Below, piece by piece: positions 1-15,748 of a stretch of 64,000 bases of DNA (position 1 is the first letter of the stretch; the number at the start of each line of letters is the position of its first letter). The stretch is taken from the NCBI GenBank assembly GCA_002104945.1, contig MCFH01000002.1, positions 620,001 to 684,000 on the forward strand. Direction: 5' to 3'. Position numbers and translations under genes: made by a program. The DNA comes from Piromyces finnis finn. Taxonomy: Eukaryota; Fungi; Neocallimastigomycota. The notes under the pieces are model-generated. The model saw only the letters and a list, made by a program, of their open reading frames with translations. It searched no databases and had not been told where the DNA came from.

Positions 1-261
1 AAAGATGGTATAATTAAACTATAGGTATAGTTTAATTTAATTAATAATCTTAAATAATTACAGAAAGAGAAAACATAAATATAAAAATAATAAGACATTG
101 CATTAGATTGTTTGATAGTACGTAATTTATAATTACTATAATTCTTTTCTAAATATTTTTTGAAAAAAATAATAAAATAAGTTATTGCTTTAAATTAATA
201 ATTTCATTATTTTTTTCATATTTCTTGTAATTTTTACTATATTTTGATTTTAGTAAATACT

Positions 262-1444
262 TTATGTATTTAAACCATTGTCTATTATTTGCTATTATTT
301 AAGTAATATTAAAATAAAATTAATATATAATACTATAATTCTAAAAAAAAAAAAAAAAAAAAAAAATTATATCAATATATAACTTTAATTATTATATAAA
401 TTTACCTGCTTCTAATTTCTTTATATATACTATGGCTGGTTCATAATTTTGTTCATCTGCTTTTTTAAACCTTTAATTTTTCATATATTATTAATTAATT
501 AGTACAATTATATATTTATTTGCTTTTCTTTTTTATTTTAAATATATGATAAAAATTATTATGTGTATATACCATTCTAATGCCTTATAATTATCGGCAA
601 CAACACCTTTTCCTTTCATATAGCATAATCCTAAAAAGAACTGAGCAATTGTGAATCCTAATAGATAACATTTTTTTATAAATTCATTTCGCTTAATAAT
701 ATGTCATAATTTAATATATAATAGAATATCATTTCATTGAATGATATACTAAAATTCAATTTATAATAGATTATATATATAATATTCAAAGAAAATAAAA
801 ATTACCTTGTCCTGCAGATTTCCTAAACCAGAAAACAGCATGAGAATAATCTTTTAATACAGTAATACCTTTGAAATAAAAGATTCCCAAATTAAACTGT
901 GAACGGCAACAACCATTTGAAGCAGCAGCACGATACCATTCAATACTTTTTTCATAATTAATATCTGTGCCTTTACCAAAAGCATAACAAGATGCTAAAT
1001 TATATTGAGCTTCTAATTCATTTTGTTGAGCAGCTTTTTCATACCAATAAAATGCCTTAAAGTAATCTTTTTCCAAGTAATTACCATTTTCATAACATAA
1101 TGCCAAATTAAATTGAGCAATACTATTTCCAGCATCAGCTGCTATTCTATACCATTTAACTGCTTCATCCATATCACGTTCAACACCACAACCGTGTTCA
1201 TAACATATACCTAAATTAACACAAGCCGATATATGACCCTTTTTAGATGCTTCCCTATACCATTTTACAGCTAATTCTGGATTACGGCTAATACCACATC
1301 CACGAGCATATGATAAACCTAAATTAAATTGAGCATCTGTGTTACCATTTTCAGCTGCTAAAGAATAATATTTAAATGCTTCTTCTTTGCTAACTGGAAC
1401 ACCATTTCCATCGTTATAACATGTGCCTTTTTTAAGAATATATA

Positions 1445-1526
<82 letters not shown>

Positions 1527-2959
1527 GGTAATATTGTTTATTATTACTATGTTTCATTATTAATAATATTTACCTAATAAATATTGGGCTCTTGGATCAT
1601 TCTTGAAAAATATATATATATATATGTTTTTAGTAAAATGTATATATATTTATATATCTACAAAACTAAATTTGGGGAAAACTTACTTGTTCAGCAGCTT
1701 TTTTATACCAATAAATTGCCTTTTTTATATTCTTCTTTGCATAGGTATGATAACATAAACCTAAATAGAATTGTGATGAAGAATGACCCTAATAAAAAAA
1801 ATCAGTAACGTTTTGAAAATAGATATATATTAATAAACAATAACTCAAATTGAAATGACTGAATAATTTATAGATATTACTTGTTCAGCAGCCATTTGAT
1901 ACCATTTCATTGCTAATTCTTCATTCTTTTTAACATCATAAATTTCACCCAATAGAAATTGAGCATTAACATTATTATTTTTTGCGGCCTTACTAAACCA
2001 GTAAAGAGCTCTTTTTTCATTTTTTTCAATTCCTTTTTTACCATCATAATAACAAAGGGCTAAATTAAATTGAGCATCTGGATGGCCAGCTAATGCTGCT
2101 TTTCTAAACCAAATAATAGCATGCTTTTGTGACTTTTTAACATGATTTCCTTTCCAAAAGCATACTGCTAATTTAAACATTGCTTCAGGATTCCCTTGTT
2201 TAACCTTATTGTACAACGATACAGAACTATCATCCTTTACTATTATAATTATATATTAGAAATTAGAAATTTATTAAAGATTAATAAAATTAGAATCAAA
2301 AGAGATTTCATTATAATTATTTATAATTTAGAAATTTGTTTAATTTTAATATAATTAAAATCAAAAGGGATTTCATTATAATTATATATTATAATTTAGA
2401 AATTTGCTTAATTTTAATATAATTAAAATCAAAAGGGATTTCGAATTAAAATTTGTATTTCTTATAAATAATAATTTCTTGCATAAATTCTTACAATATT
2501 CGCTGTTATAGTCTGAAACAATGGTATATAGACTCTCAATACAACTGTTAGTACTGCTACTTAAACTTCTGCAATCATCTATAACTAAATATAAAAACAA
2601 TTAAAAATTAATTTTTAATAGTTAATACAAATGAAATATTGGGTATTTTTTTTTATATAATTATAAAGAGTATTTAATGACTTTAATATAAATACACTAA
2701 ATTTTACCTTTTATAGTTGAACTACTTGAAGTTGAAATAGAAAATTCTAATTTTTTTTTTTTTTATTATTATTAAATAATGATATTTAATTGTGTAAGAA
2801 TAATATAATTAATTATTTTTAATTGCAAATAATTATACAGTAATTTTAAAAAAGAAAAATATAAATTAGGCAGGCCATTTTAATTTATATACCTGATTGA
2901 AGAGCAATAGAAATCTGTTCATCATTGTAACCTTTAAAACGACTAGTAATATCCTCCAT
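262..2959 (-). CDS. Multi-exon Sel1-like repeat (SLR/TPR) protein, about 11-12 repeats
   Basis: Hand-spliced exons give MEDITSRFKGYNDEQ... followed by repeats such as EAMFKLAVCFWKG, DAQFNLALCYYDG..KALYWFSKAA, DAQFNLGLSYARGCG, IAQFNLALCYENG and EAQYNLASCYAFGKG. These match the Sel1 consensus (A-x-x-LG-x-Y-x-x-G-x-G-x-x-x-D-x-x-x-A-x-x-W-x-x-x-A). ORFs 786-1172 and 1845-2216 are exons. The first exon (ATG 2959) and the last micro-exon (stop 262-264) are less certain. Confidence 0.88.
1445..1526. repeat. (TAT)n microsatellite, about 27 copies, inside a Sel1-gene intron
   Basis: Directly visible pure trinucleotide run. Confidence 0.95.
2243..2443. repeat. Three diverged ~65-68 bp tandem repeats in a Sel1-gene intron
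   Basis: Units start ttataattat at 2243, 2311 and 2376 and end atcaaaag(a/g)gatttc. Copies 2 and 3 are nearly identical. Confidence 0.85.
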
Positions 2960-5656
2960 GGTCAGTAAAATAAATAACTGTTTATGAAATTCTTTTTTTA
3001 TTTATTTATTGTTTATTATTAGATAGCTTTCAATAAAAATAATTATAGAAATCCAATTTAAAATTTGAAATCTTTTTTTTTAAAAAAAAAAAAAGAAAGA
3101 AATTTATTTTCTATTTGTATAAATGTTGATAACTTTGGTATTAAATGAATGTTGAATAGTTGGTATATTGTGTATATTGTATATGAATATATAATATTAT
3201 GTATTTATAGGAATGATTTTAAAAAATTATAAATTTTATGAAAAGGTTTATAATTTTAAATATTTGTTTTTTCAAAATTATTATTATAATTCATTTATTT
3301 TTTTAAGTTTAATGTTTGTTCTTAATTAATTTATAATAATAATGTGGATAAATGTTTTTTTAATTTGCATTTACTAGCTATAGATTCTCAAATGAATATA
3401 CAATAAATATTTTTAAAACGATAATAACAAAATAAATAAAATTTTGAAAAATAATATTTCTTAAACATAATAATACTTTTTAATTATTAAATAAATATTA
3501 ATCTTTTTGACTACATAATAAAATAAAAATTAATGCATATTTAGAATATATATCTATCTAATATATTTATTTCATTATTAAAAATTTAAGTATTTTTCAT
3601 TTTATAATAGAATTGAGATAGAAAGAAAAGTTTGATTTTTTAAAAAATATATATATATGTAAAATGATAATATATTAGGATTGGTACTTTTTCATTTAAA
3701 AAATCGTTTTACACTATTTAAAATTAATTATTTATTTAAATAAGCTTTTGAATAATTATAATAATAACTATTAAAATATTAATAATAAAATATATAAATT
3801 ATACCAAAAAAAAAAAAAAAAAAAAAAAAAATTCAAATATATTTTTTTATATATTAAAAAATATATTTTTTATATATTTGAAATTTTAATATTTTTTAAA
3901 AAAAATTGATGAATTTTTGCTTTTTATATATATTTTTTTTTTATTTTATATATATAATTATTTTTTTTTGCTGCTGTATTTGACAATTAAATTTGGAAAA
4001 AATTAATTTTTGATTGTGATTATAAATTAAAAAAAAAAAAAGATGATTTTTCTTATAAAAAAAATTAAAAAAGAATCAAATAAAAAATGGGATATAAATT
4101 ATATAAATCATATTTACCACAATACCTACACAATATCTGCTTTAGTTTTGTCTTAATAATAGTAAATCTTTAATATCATCCTTTCTTTTCCTTCCTTTCC
4201 TTCTTCACCTCTACCTTTTTTTTTTAGGCCAAACTAATCATCTTATTTTATAATTATTAATAACTAAACCACTCTTTATACATTAATTAATTATAAATTA
4301 ATTAGTTGATAAATAGTGATTATAAAATTATAAAATAGCGGTTTATTTATTGCTATATTATATATTCATTTATTTTATATATAGATTTATTTAATTATTA
4401 TTTATCCAGTCGTTCATTTATTTATTGAACGATTCTAGTATTCTTTTTTTCTATATAAATATTAAAAAGGATTCATTAATTATTAAATGAAAATTAAATT
4501 TCTATATTTTCATATTTATTACATTACAATATATAATATATAGATTATATTTAATAATTCTATAGGATTATATATAGAAAGTGTAATGGCTAAAGTTAAA
4601 GGAATATTTATTATGAAAATTTGTATTAAAAAAAAAACAAATCTTAAAATAATAAATTATTATCTCTAACTTTGTAAATTATATCAAATTTTATATATAT
4701 TACAAGTTTATTATTTTTGAATTGAATAATATTAATAAATATATTTTTAATATTTAATTCAATTTATTTTAAATTCAAAAATTAAATTTGTATTTAAAAG
4801 TTTAAATATATATATTTTATTATAATGGTATATTATCTTTTACATTTATTATAATGTAATGGCAAATGAATTGTAACTTTAAATATAATTAAATTTATAC
4901 CAATATCTTATATATATAAATTAATTATAATATAATTAATATATTGTGATTTTGATTGTATCATATATTATATGATTTAAAATGGTACTAGGGTTTTTTT
5001 TCAAATTCATTAAATTGTTAAGCAAAATTAAAACTAAATTTGGCATGCCAGGGCCAAAATCAATATTTTAAATTATGTACATAAATGATTGGTTATTATT
5101 ATACATTATATTTGCGTATTGTAATTAAAAAATATTAATTTTATTTCTTGGAAAAAAAACACAATAAAAAAAATAATTTATCATTATATAGAACATCTTT
5201 TTTTAATTATTTATTAAAGAATTAAAAATAACAAATACATATTATCATCGATTATCATAATAAGGAAAGAATTTCAAACTCTTATTATTTGTTTTACTTT
5301 TTATTCATTAGCAAGGGATATCTTTTAATTTTATTTTATATTAGAGAATGTGGAAAAAAGGAGTAATATAATAATATATGGATAGATTTATGGTTGAATA
5401 TACACTAATATATTAAAAGATTATATTAATAAAAAAGTTTAATTTTTATATTAAATAAATTTTTTAATTTAATTTATAGGAATATTTACCTTTAATTAAA
5501 GCTAAAAATTTTATTGTTAAATAAATGAATATGTAAATAAATACTATTATTATTATTATTATTATTATTATTTAAATAAATAAATAAGTAATTAATCAAT
5601 TAAAATCAATATTTATAATTATGGATATGATTAGATTATTATTCAATTTAAAAGTG

Positions 5657-5659
5657 TAT

Positions 5660-5698
<39 letters not shown>

Positions 5699-5750
5699 TT
5701 ATTTTTATTTATTTATTATTTTTATTTATTTATTTATTTATTTATTATTT

Positions 5751-5813
<63 letters not shown>

Positions 5814-5834
5814 TTTGGTTGGTTGGTTGGTTAG
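5657..5834. repeat. Interrupted (TTTA)n microsatellite ending in (TTGG)4
   Basis: Directly visible. It produces the spurious FIYL ORF 5621-5839. Confidence 0.95.
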
Positions 5835-6362
5835 TTTGATTGTACATAATTACTCTTTTTTTGTGGTATTATTTATTTAATTAATAATTAACTAAAAAAA
5901 ATAAAAGGGAACGATTCTTTTTTTATGAAGAATAGATAACTAAATAACTAAAAAAAAAACTTCTAATAAGTTTTAAAGTATTTATTTATTAATATAATTT
6001 TTACTTTTATTAGTTTTTTTTTTTTTAATAATATTAAAATACTTTATAAAATAAAATTATTTCAAGTACATTAAAAGACTGGATGGTTATAACATATCAA
6101 AAAAAAAAAAAAAAGTTTAAGTAGATCTTAATAAAATAAAATAAAAAAAAATAGCTTTATGATTATTATATAAAAAATTAAATAATTTTGAATTTTAAAA
6201 TATAAATATTATTATTTTATATAAACTTTTTCAAATATATAAAATATTTTTTGATTGTCACTATTACTTGAGATATGAATGTATCTGAAAAATTATATTA
6301 GATTTTAGAGTAATGTTGAAAGTGTTGAATTAATAGATAAAAACTTTTTTTTTGATTATACA

Positions 6363-8704
<2,342 letters not shown>

Positions 8705-9855
8705 GCTGGGTTTATGTTAATTGTTGTATAAATAAAAAAAATATATAAAAAAAAATAAATAACCAAATAAAAAAAAAAAAAAAGTATTTAAAATAATATT
8801 AAACCATTATATAAACTATATGTATTTATAGAGATTAAAAATGAAAGTATTGAAAGAAAAAAAAGTTTATTATAAAAATAAAATAAAACAATTTAATATA
8901 ATATAAAATTCATCCTTTAATAAAAGGAAATATTTTACCATTAACTTTAATTCTTATAATCATTTTTAATTCTTTAAAAACTTTTTAGTAAGAATTAAGA
9001 TTATAATAAGGAATACTAAGATAATAATAATAATAATAGCAATAGTAATACTAATATTAATAGTAAATAGATTTATAAAAGAAATATATATTTCAAAACT
9101 AAAGTGAAAAAAAAAAAAAATAAAATAAAATTGAAAAGATTCAAATGATGAATTAAAACCTTAATCCTTTTAAAATTTTGTTTCTACGGAAATTTTATAT
9201 TATTCATAAGTAAACTTTAAATATTAGTATTCTGTCGATTTTATAGTTAAATATTAATAAATATAAAATATTTCATTTTAGATTTTGACATGGTCTCTTT
9301 ATATTTAATAGGATTAAATGACATAGAAGTAATATTTTTTGATTTTTATTTCAATAAACATAAATAGACATTCATAATACAAAAAAAAAAAAAAATAGAA
9401 TAGTTTAATGAAGTACATATATTGTATAAATTATTATATAATCTTTTGTTGATTTATCTATTTTTTATTTTATTTATTATTTTTTTTTTTAAAAAAAAAG
9501 TCATTTGGACATATATTTTTGTTTTGCTTAGCTAATTGATTATCATAAACGTTAGCAATTTTATTATTAATATAATAAGTCTCTTGGAAATAATATTCAT
9601 AATGAGAAAAAAATAATAATTTATAAAAATTTTATATTTAAAAAATATATATTATCAAATAAAAATTTTAATTCTTTTATTTGCTATTTTATTTATTTAA
9701 ATTTGTTTTATTTCGGTTTTGTTATGTTGTTTTATTGTTTGTTTGCTTGCTTTCCCATTTTTTTTTAATCTTTGGTTATATATATATAATTCTTTTTTTT
9801 TCTTGATGTGGTGTTTAATAGTGGATAAAAATTTTGTAAGGGTTAGGAATCAAAA

Positions 9856-10942
9856 TTAAATTTTTGAATTACTAATAGCTTCTAATACACCATCGCCATC
9901 CTTTAAAACACAACCATAAATGGTATCTAAATTATTATTACTTGTAAAGGATTGACATTCTTCATTTTCAGCACCTGGTTGAATCCAACAAACAACTTCC
10001 TTACCCTTAAGAGTTTTCTTTGTATCGAGGTTTTTTTTTATTTCTTCTAAAACACCTAAAGTAATCTTTGGTGGAGTAACAATTGATACAGATAAAAATG
10101 GCTTTTCATTTTGGAATTCCTTATTTTGGGCTAATTCGTCTAATAAAGAAGAAATGTTGGCACGACAATTAATATTACAAATTTGTTTTTCTTTCTGTAA
10201 AAAATGAATTACAGCATTAAGTTTTATGTAGTTATCAATGGATGATAATGATAAAAATCAAATTTCATAATTTAACATTCATAATTAGTATAAAAACCAT
10301 ATATAAAATAAAAATAAAAATGGTTAAGTATAAATTCAAATTAAACATTTTTTTATAAAAAAAAAATAATTTATATTATATATTTATTAATTTCTATAAG
10401 AAATTTATTATTTCTATTCATTTAATTGTTAAGAATAAAAAAAAATTCTAATACATTACTGGATGAATTGGATAGACTATATATATATGAAATAATGATA
10501 ATGATATATATGTAAATGGAATAATAATTCAAAGAATTAAAATGTAAAATAAAGATAAGGATAATAATAATATATTGTTATGATAATATATTAATATTAC
10601 CTGTCATTTTGTGATTGATGTACCTTTATAGCAAATAAGAATAATAATGAATTATTTAAAAATTAAAATTATATATACATATAGAGAGAGTAAGATATAT
10701 GTAATTATTATTTTAATAACATAAATATACTTTTATTTAAAATAATAATAATAATAGTAATAATAAAAATGTTTGAAACTATATAACCCCTAGACTATAG
10801 ATAAATATGTTTCTTATATATTTCTACATATATTATAATAATACCAATTTAAAACTTTAAATCCAAATTTTTCTGGATTAGTAGAGGCACCAATAACAGC
10901 GAAATTCTTTGAAGTTAAAAACTTGGCCTTAATAGCGTTCAT
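9856..10942 (-). CDS. YccU-like CoA-binding domain protein (Rossmann-like), 4 exons
   Basis: Spliced translation: MNAIKAKFLTSKNFAVIGASTNPEKFGFKVLNWYINHKMTVYPIHPKEKQICNINC...SVSIVTPPKITLGVLEE...CWIQPGAENEE...GCVLKDG. It carries the family motifs AV.GAS..P.K.G, VYPI.P, W.QPG and GC.L. Two exons are micro-exons (~10601-10623 and ~10460-10476). Confidence 0.88.
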
Positions 10943-11587
10943 TTTATTTATTTAATAAAATAAAAAATTGGAAATTTTAAAATGGATTATCCTTTAAAAA
11001 TTATAACAAACGAAAAAAAAAAAAAAAAGAAAAAAATTTTAATCCTTAAATTTATAAAGTTTAAAATTTTTTTTTCAAAATATATTAAAATTGTGATTTT
11101 TTTCTGTATTTTTTATTTTTAATTTTTATTTGTTATCTTTTACAAGATGTTAATGAATATATAAAAAGATGTCAATGCTTTATTATTATTATTACTATTA
11201 TTATTTATATACACGTCATTTTTCTTTTTGTTATTTTATTTCCTATTTTATTTTTTTATGATAATAAAAATAAATATTTAAAAAAAGGGGGGTTATTAAG
11301 CTTTCATTTATTTGGCAAATGGATAATTATATTATACATATTATTAAAAAGAGGTAATTAAGATAAAGAAGAAGAAGAAGAAGAAGAAGAAGAAAAAAAT
11401 AGTATGCTAAATTGGTATGATAAAAGATGGTTACTTTAATTTTTACTAAAATATATAAATGAGTCTAAAATAAAAAATAAAATATTTAAATATTTTTTTA
11501 AAATAATTTTATTTGAATTTATTAATTAAAAATTAAAAGAAGGAATAAAACATTTTTTTTTTTTTTTTTGGTTTATATATCATATTT

Positions 11588-13792
11588 TTATTCAATAAGA
11601 GAGTGATCATTTTCTGCTAATACACAAATTAAATTTTCTAATACTTCAGAGGAATAAGCTGAATTTCCAAAGATGTGTTGTGGATTAATTTCATGAGCAA
11701 AGAAAACATCTTGAAGTGAAATTAAATGATTTTGAGTAAAATTAGCATCAATATCAAATTCCGAAAAGATTTCATCCTCATTACGATTGTTTTTATAATC
11801 AAATTTTATGGAAGAGGTTTCGGTCGTGTCGGTAAGTAATGAAGAATTATTTAAAGGTTCATGGGTTATATTAACATTGGAAGTGGTGGCGGTGGTAGAA
11901 GAAGAGGATGGTTCTGTTGCTTGTAAAGAAGATTCTTTCATTGGTGCTATATCCGTGACAGCAACAGTGGAGGATGGCGTAATGGAAGAAGAAGCTGCTG
12001 TTGTTGGTGTTAATGAAGTGATGGATGTTGTGGAAGGTAATAAAGTATTATCAAAGGTATTATCTAAAAGATCATCATGATTAAGAATATCACTTGAAGA
12101 CAGAATAGCGTTAAATAAGTCATCATCTTTACTAATTGCATTAAAACTTTCTTTTTCTTCATTTTCCTGTTTAACGTCTTTTAAAAGAGAAGTTGTTGGA
12201 GTGGATGGAAGTGCTGATAATAATGGATTAACGGCCATAGATGAAGAAGGTGCAATAGTAGCATTAATATCTGACATAGAAGTATCTTCTGTTGTTGCTA
12301 CTATATTATTTTCATCTTCATTTTCTTTAATAGTTTCCAGAGATCCTTTTGAGCAAATCTTAAATATTTCCTCTGCACGATTCTTATGTCCATTTCCATT
12401 AGATGATATAAGGTTAGGTAGAGGTAGAGTATCTAATGTTTCAATGGATATTGAAGAATTAGGCTTAATACCATTTGAAAATTCTTTAGAAACTTCAATA
12501 AAACCACTTCGATCACACAATAGTGTACCAGGTTTCATTGTATTAACCACATTGGTAGTAATATATTGACCTTCTTTTTGTAATTTCTTTTGAAGTGACG
12601 CTTTAACTTTTAAGATCTTATCTCTTAATAGTGGTATCTTATTTTTAGTATCATTGATGGTAACTTTTGCTTTATTATCATCTGTTGAATGGTCAACGTT
12701 TTTATCTGCGATTTCCGCTGATGATGATGGTTCCTCTTTCTTTTCTTGATGTTCAACATCTTTTTTCTTTTCATCCTCTGTTTTTTCATCCATGTTATTG
12801 GTTGATGTCAATGGCTCTGAAGTGTCTTTTTTATTATCTTCTATTAAATTATTTGATAATGTTGAAGATATATCATCTTTTATTTGTTGTTCTTTGGTAT
12901 GATTATCAATATTTTCTTTCTTAATATCTGTACTTATATTTTCTTTTTTATCATTATTGTTTGTAACACCAGTAATGGTTGTAGTTGGTGTTGCTGTCGT
13001 CGTTGGTGTTATGTTTATATTAGTATCTATAGAATATAATAAAAATTTATTTATTTATTTGTAATAATAAAAAATAATGTTTTAAATAAAAAAGGATAGT
13101 AGTAATAAAAAGATGATATTTAAAAGAATAAATAATAATAATAATAATAATAAATAACCATTACTCCTTTTCAAATAATATAATAAATATAATAATAGAA
13201 AATAGATATACATACTATTTATAGACTTTGTTGATAAATCAGTAACGGTAATTGTTGGTAATGGTTGTTGATTTATGAGACTATCGGATTCTTCATATAA
13301 TGATGAATAAACATTACGTCTTAGTGGTATAATTGGTGTAATAGGAGTTTCTATGGCTTGCTCATTATTAATTCTTTTACTTAAGCAATTTTCGATAATA
13401 CCTTTTAATCGACTCTAATGAAAATATAAATAAAAACAACATAATAAAAGAATAATCATAGAAACAAAAATTAATCGTTACTTTTAAAACTTTTTTTTCC
13501 TAATTTATATATATTATAAATTGTTTTAAACTTTAATGCTATCCAAAACATACTCTTAAAGCATAACTCATTAATACAAGGGCTTCATCTGTTATACTAC
13601 TTATTCCTTCTAAAGAAGCAACAAATTCTACTCTTTCTTTTAACAATGAATCATTAATTCCTGGAACATCTTGAATATCTTTAAATGATGGAGGAATATC
13701 TTTATTGTTATTAATAAATAGTATGGAATATAATAATAATATATATATATTAATTGGCATTCTCATATATCTTTTCTTTATATACAAGTTTA

Positions 13793-13826
<34 letters not shown>

Positions 13827-14712
13827 AATCCTTTTTATAATTTAAATAAAAATAGTTTATCCTACTTTTTGATGGTTTTGGTATAAAGTGAGATGAAAAT
13901 GTTGGAATTTCGTTTTTTGGACTTGGGTATTTCTATTAATATAAAAGAATAAATAAATATATATTATAATAAATAACATTTATTAATAATATTTAATATT
14001 TATTCTTTCTTTTTTAAATATATCTATTTATTAATATACCTTTAATAAGCCTCTTATTTTATCTCTATCAATTTTTTCCAAAGATAAAAATTCATCCTTT
14101 AGCTTCATACGTTTAACATTACCATTGACTTTATTTAATTTATGTTTTCTTTTTAATGAATTTCTTTCTTTAGAATCTGAATTTGCTGATGAAATAGGAA
14201 GTAAACTTCCATCACGAGGAATTATATCTCTTTGAGAATTATATATAATGGAATATATAAGGGAATTGTGAAGTTGAACTAAATGAAACAACAGTCCAAA
14301 TATATTTTAAAATTTTATAATAAAATAAATATATATATATATAACCATTGGATATATTTATGAATAATACATAAATTTGATAAGGTGTTAGTACATTGGA
14401 ACACTTTTTTTTCAATTTTAGTAATAAATGGGTTAAATAACAAAATAATAAATAATTACGTTGATCTCCAATTAAATTTTTTATGGATTTATCGAATTCA
14501 TTTTTTGATAATTTTCCTGTTAAATAATTTTTCAAACATTTCCAATATTCTTTACTATTTGGACCTAATGCTTCCGAAAGTTTTTGTTTAATTTGTAATG
14601 TATCCTTTCTTTTTGATATGGTTGGTGATGAGGTAGACGTATTTATTTTGATACTTAGTGAATTAATATCATTTTGATTTGAAGATGGATAAGGTGATGT
14701 TGATAGTAGCAT
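11588..14712 (-). CDS. HFI1: SAGA complex subunit Ada1/Hfi1 (Tad1 domain) with a long acidic Ser/Thr-rich region, 5 exons
   Basis: The N-terminal block DTLQIKQKLSEALGPNSKEYWKCLKNYLTGKLSKNEFD..QLHNSLIYSI and the histone-fold-like LLKERVEFVASLEGISSITDEALVLMSYALR..RLKGIIENC resemble Ada1/TADA1. The C-terminal ISLQDVFFAHE resembles the Ada1 terminal motif. ORFs 14239-14712, 14031-14291, 13539-13787 and 11588-12811 are exon pieces. Confidence 0.82.
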
Positions 14713-15429
14713 TTTATTTATTTATTTATTTATTAATATTTAATAATAAAAGTTTTATATACATATATATTATCTTAAATATTTTTTTTTTGTTAATAAG
14801 ATATTGAGTTTTAATTCTGAAGAAAAAATAAAATAAAATATAATAACAAATTTCAATAAAATGATTTCTTAATGTAAATGAATTAATTTCCTTAAAAAAA
14901 TAAAATGATATTGTAAAAAAAAAAAATAAATAATAATAAAAAAAAATAAAGAAAATATTTATAGATGAAATATGTTTATTAGCACTTTTTTTTTACATCG
15001 GTTATGATGCAGTCATCAATTTTCAAAATTATATATTTTAATTCTTTATTAATAACTATTTTAAATTCATATTTTTTTTTTAAAAAAAAAAAGTATATAA
15101 TAATTAATATTGATAAATCCTCCAAATTTATTTATATATGGGGATGTTTATTTTTTTTTAATAATCCATTTTTATCAAATTAAAAATAATATTAATAAAG
15201 ATAGTATTTATTAAAGTCCAGATTATTATTCATTTAATTATAATTAATAATTTATTTAGTTTATTTGTATTTATTTATTTATTTATTTATTTAATAATTT
15301 TAATAAAAAAATATTTTACTACTAATAAAAAATATTAAAAATATCTTAATTTCATATTAATCTGTCAAAAAAAATTTAATAAATTTTTTTCTTTTTAAAT
15401 ATTATGTAAAAGGGTTGTCAACTTTTTTT

Positions 15430-15710
15430 TTTATGAATCTCGAATATACAAAGCAATTGAAGATAAAATGAAAATAAATATCAAAATAATATTTATAAAT
15501 CCTATTTATAATTTAGATTACTCATCATTTCAAAATATAATATAATAAATTAACATTATTTTTTTTTAATTCTATAATAAATGAAAGTTCCATTTTAAGA
15601 TTTTTACCAATGAATCAAATAAATTTTTAAAAATTAAAAAAAGGAGTGATATTTAAATTGGTAAAAATATAAAATATTATTAAATTTGATATATTCAATC
15701 AACAACAACA

Positions 15711-15748
<38 letters not shown>

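Noticed and set aside
4410-4439. Helitron 3' end (TCGTTCA/TGAACGA hairpin followed by CTAG|T)
   Set aside because: The hairpin is only 2 nt from CTAG instead of about 10, and no matching 5' end or second copy is visible.
5621-5839. FIYL-repeat ORF, and likewise 38081-38281 and the (YI)n ORF 44298-44597
   Set aside because: Translations of (TTTA)n and (ATTTAT)n microsatellites.
9510-9560. RFX X-box upstream of MORN5
   Set aside because: Only half-site resemblance (TTGCTTAGC, GTTAGCAA), which is too weak.
11808-12924. Plus-strand ORFs 11808-12080, 12201-12569 and 12667-12924
   Set aside because: Antisense shadows of the low-complexity Ada1 exon.
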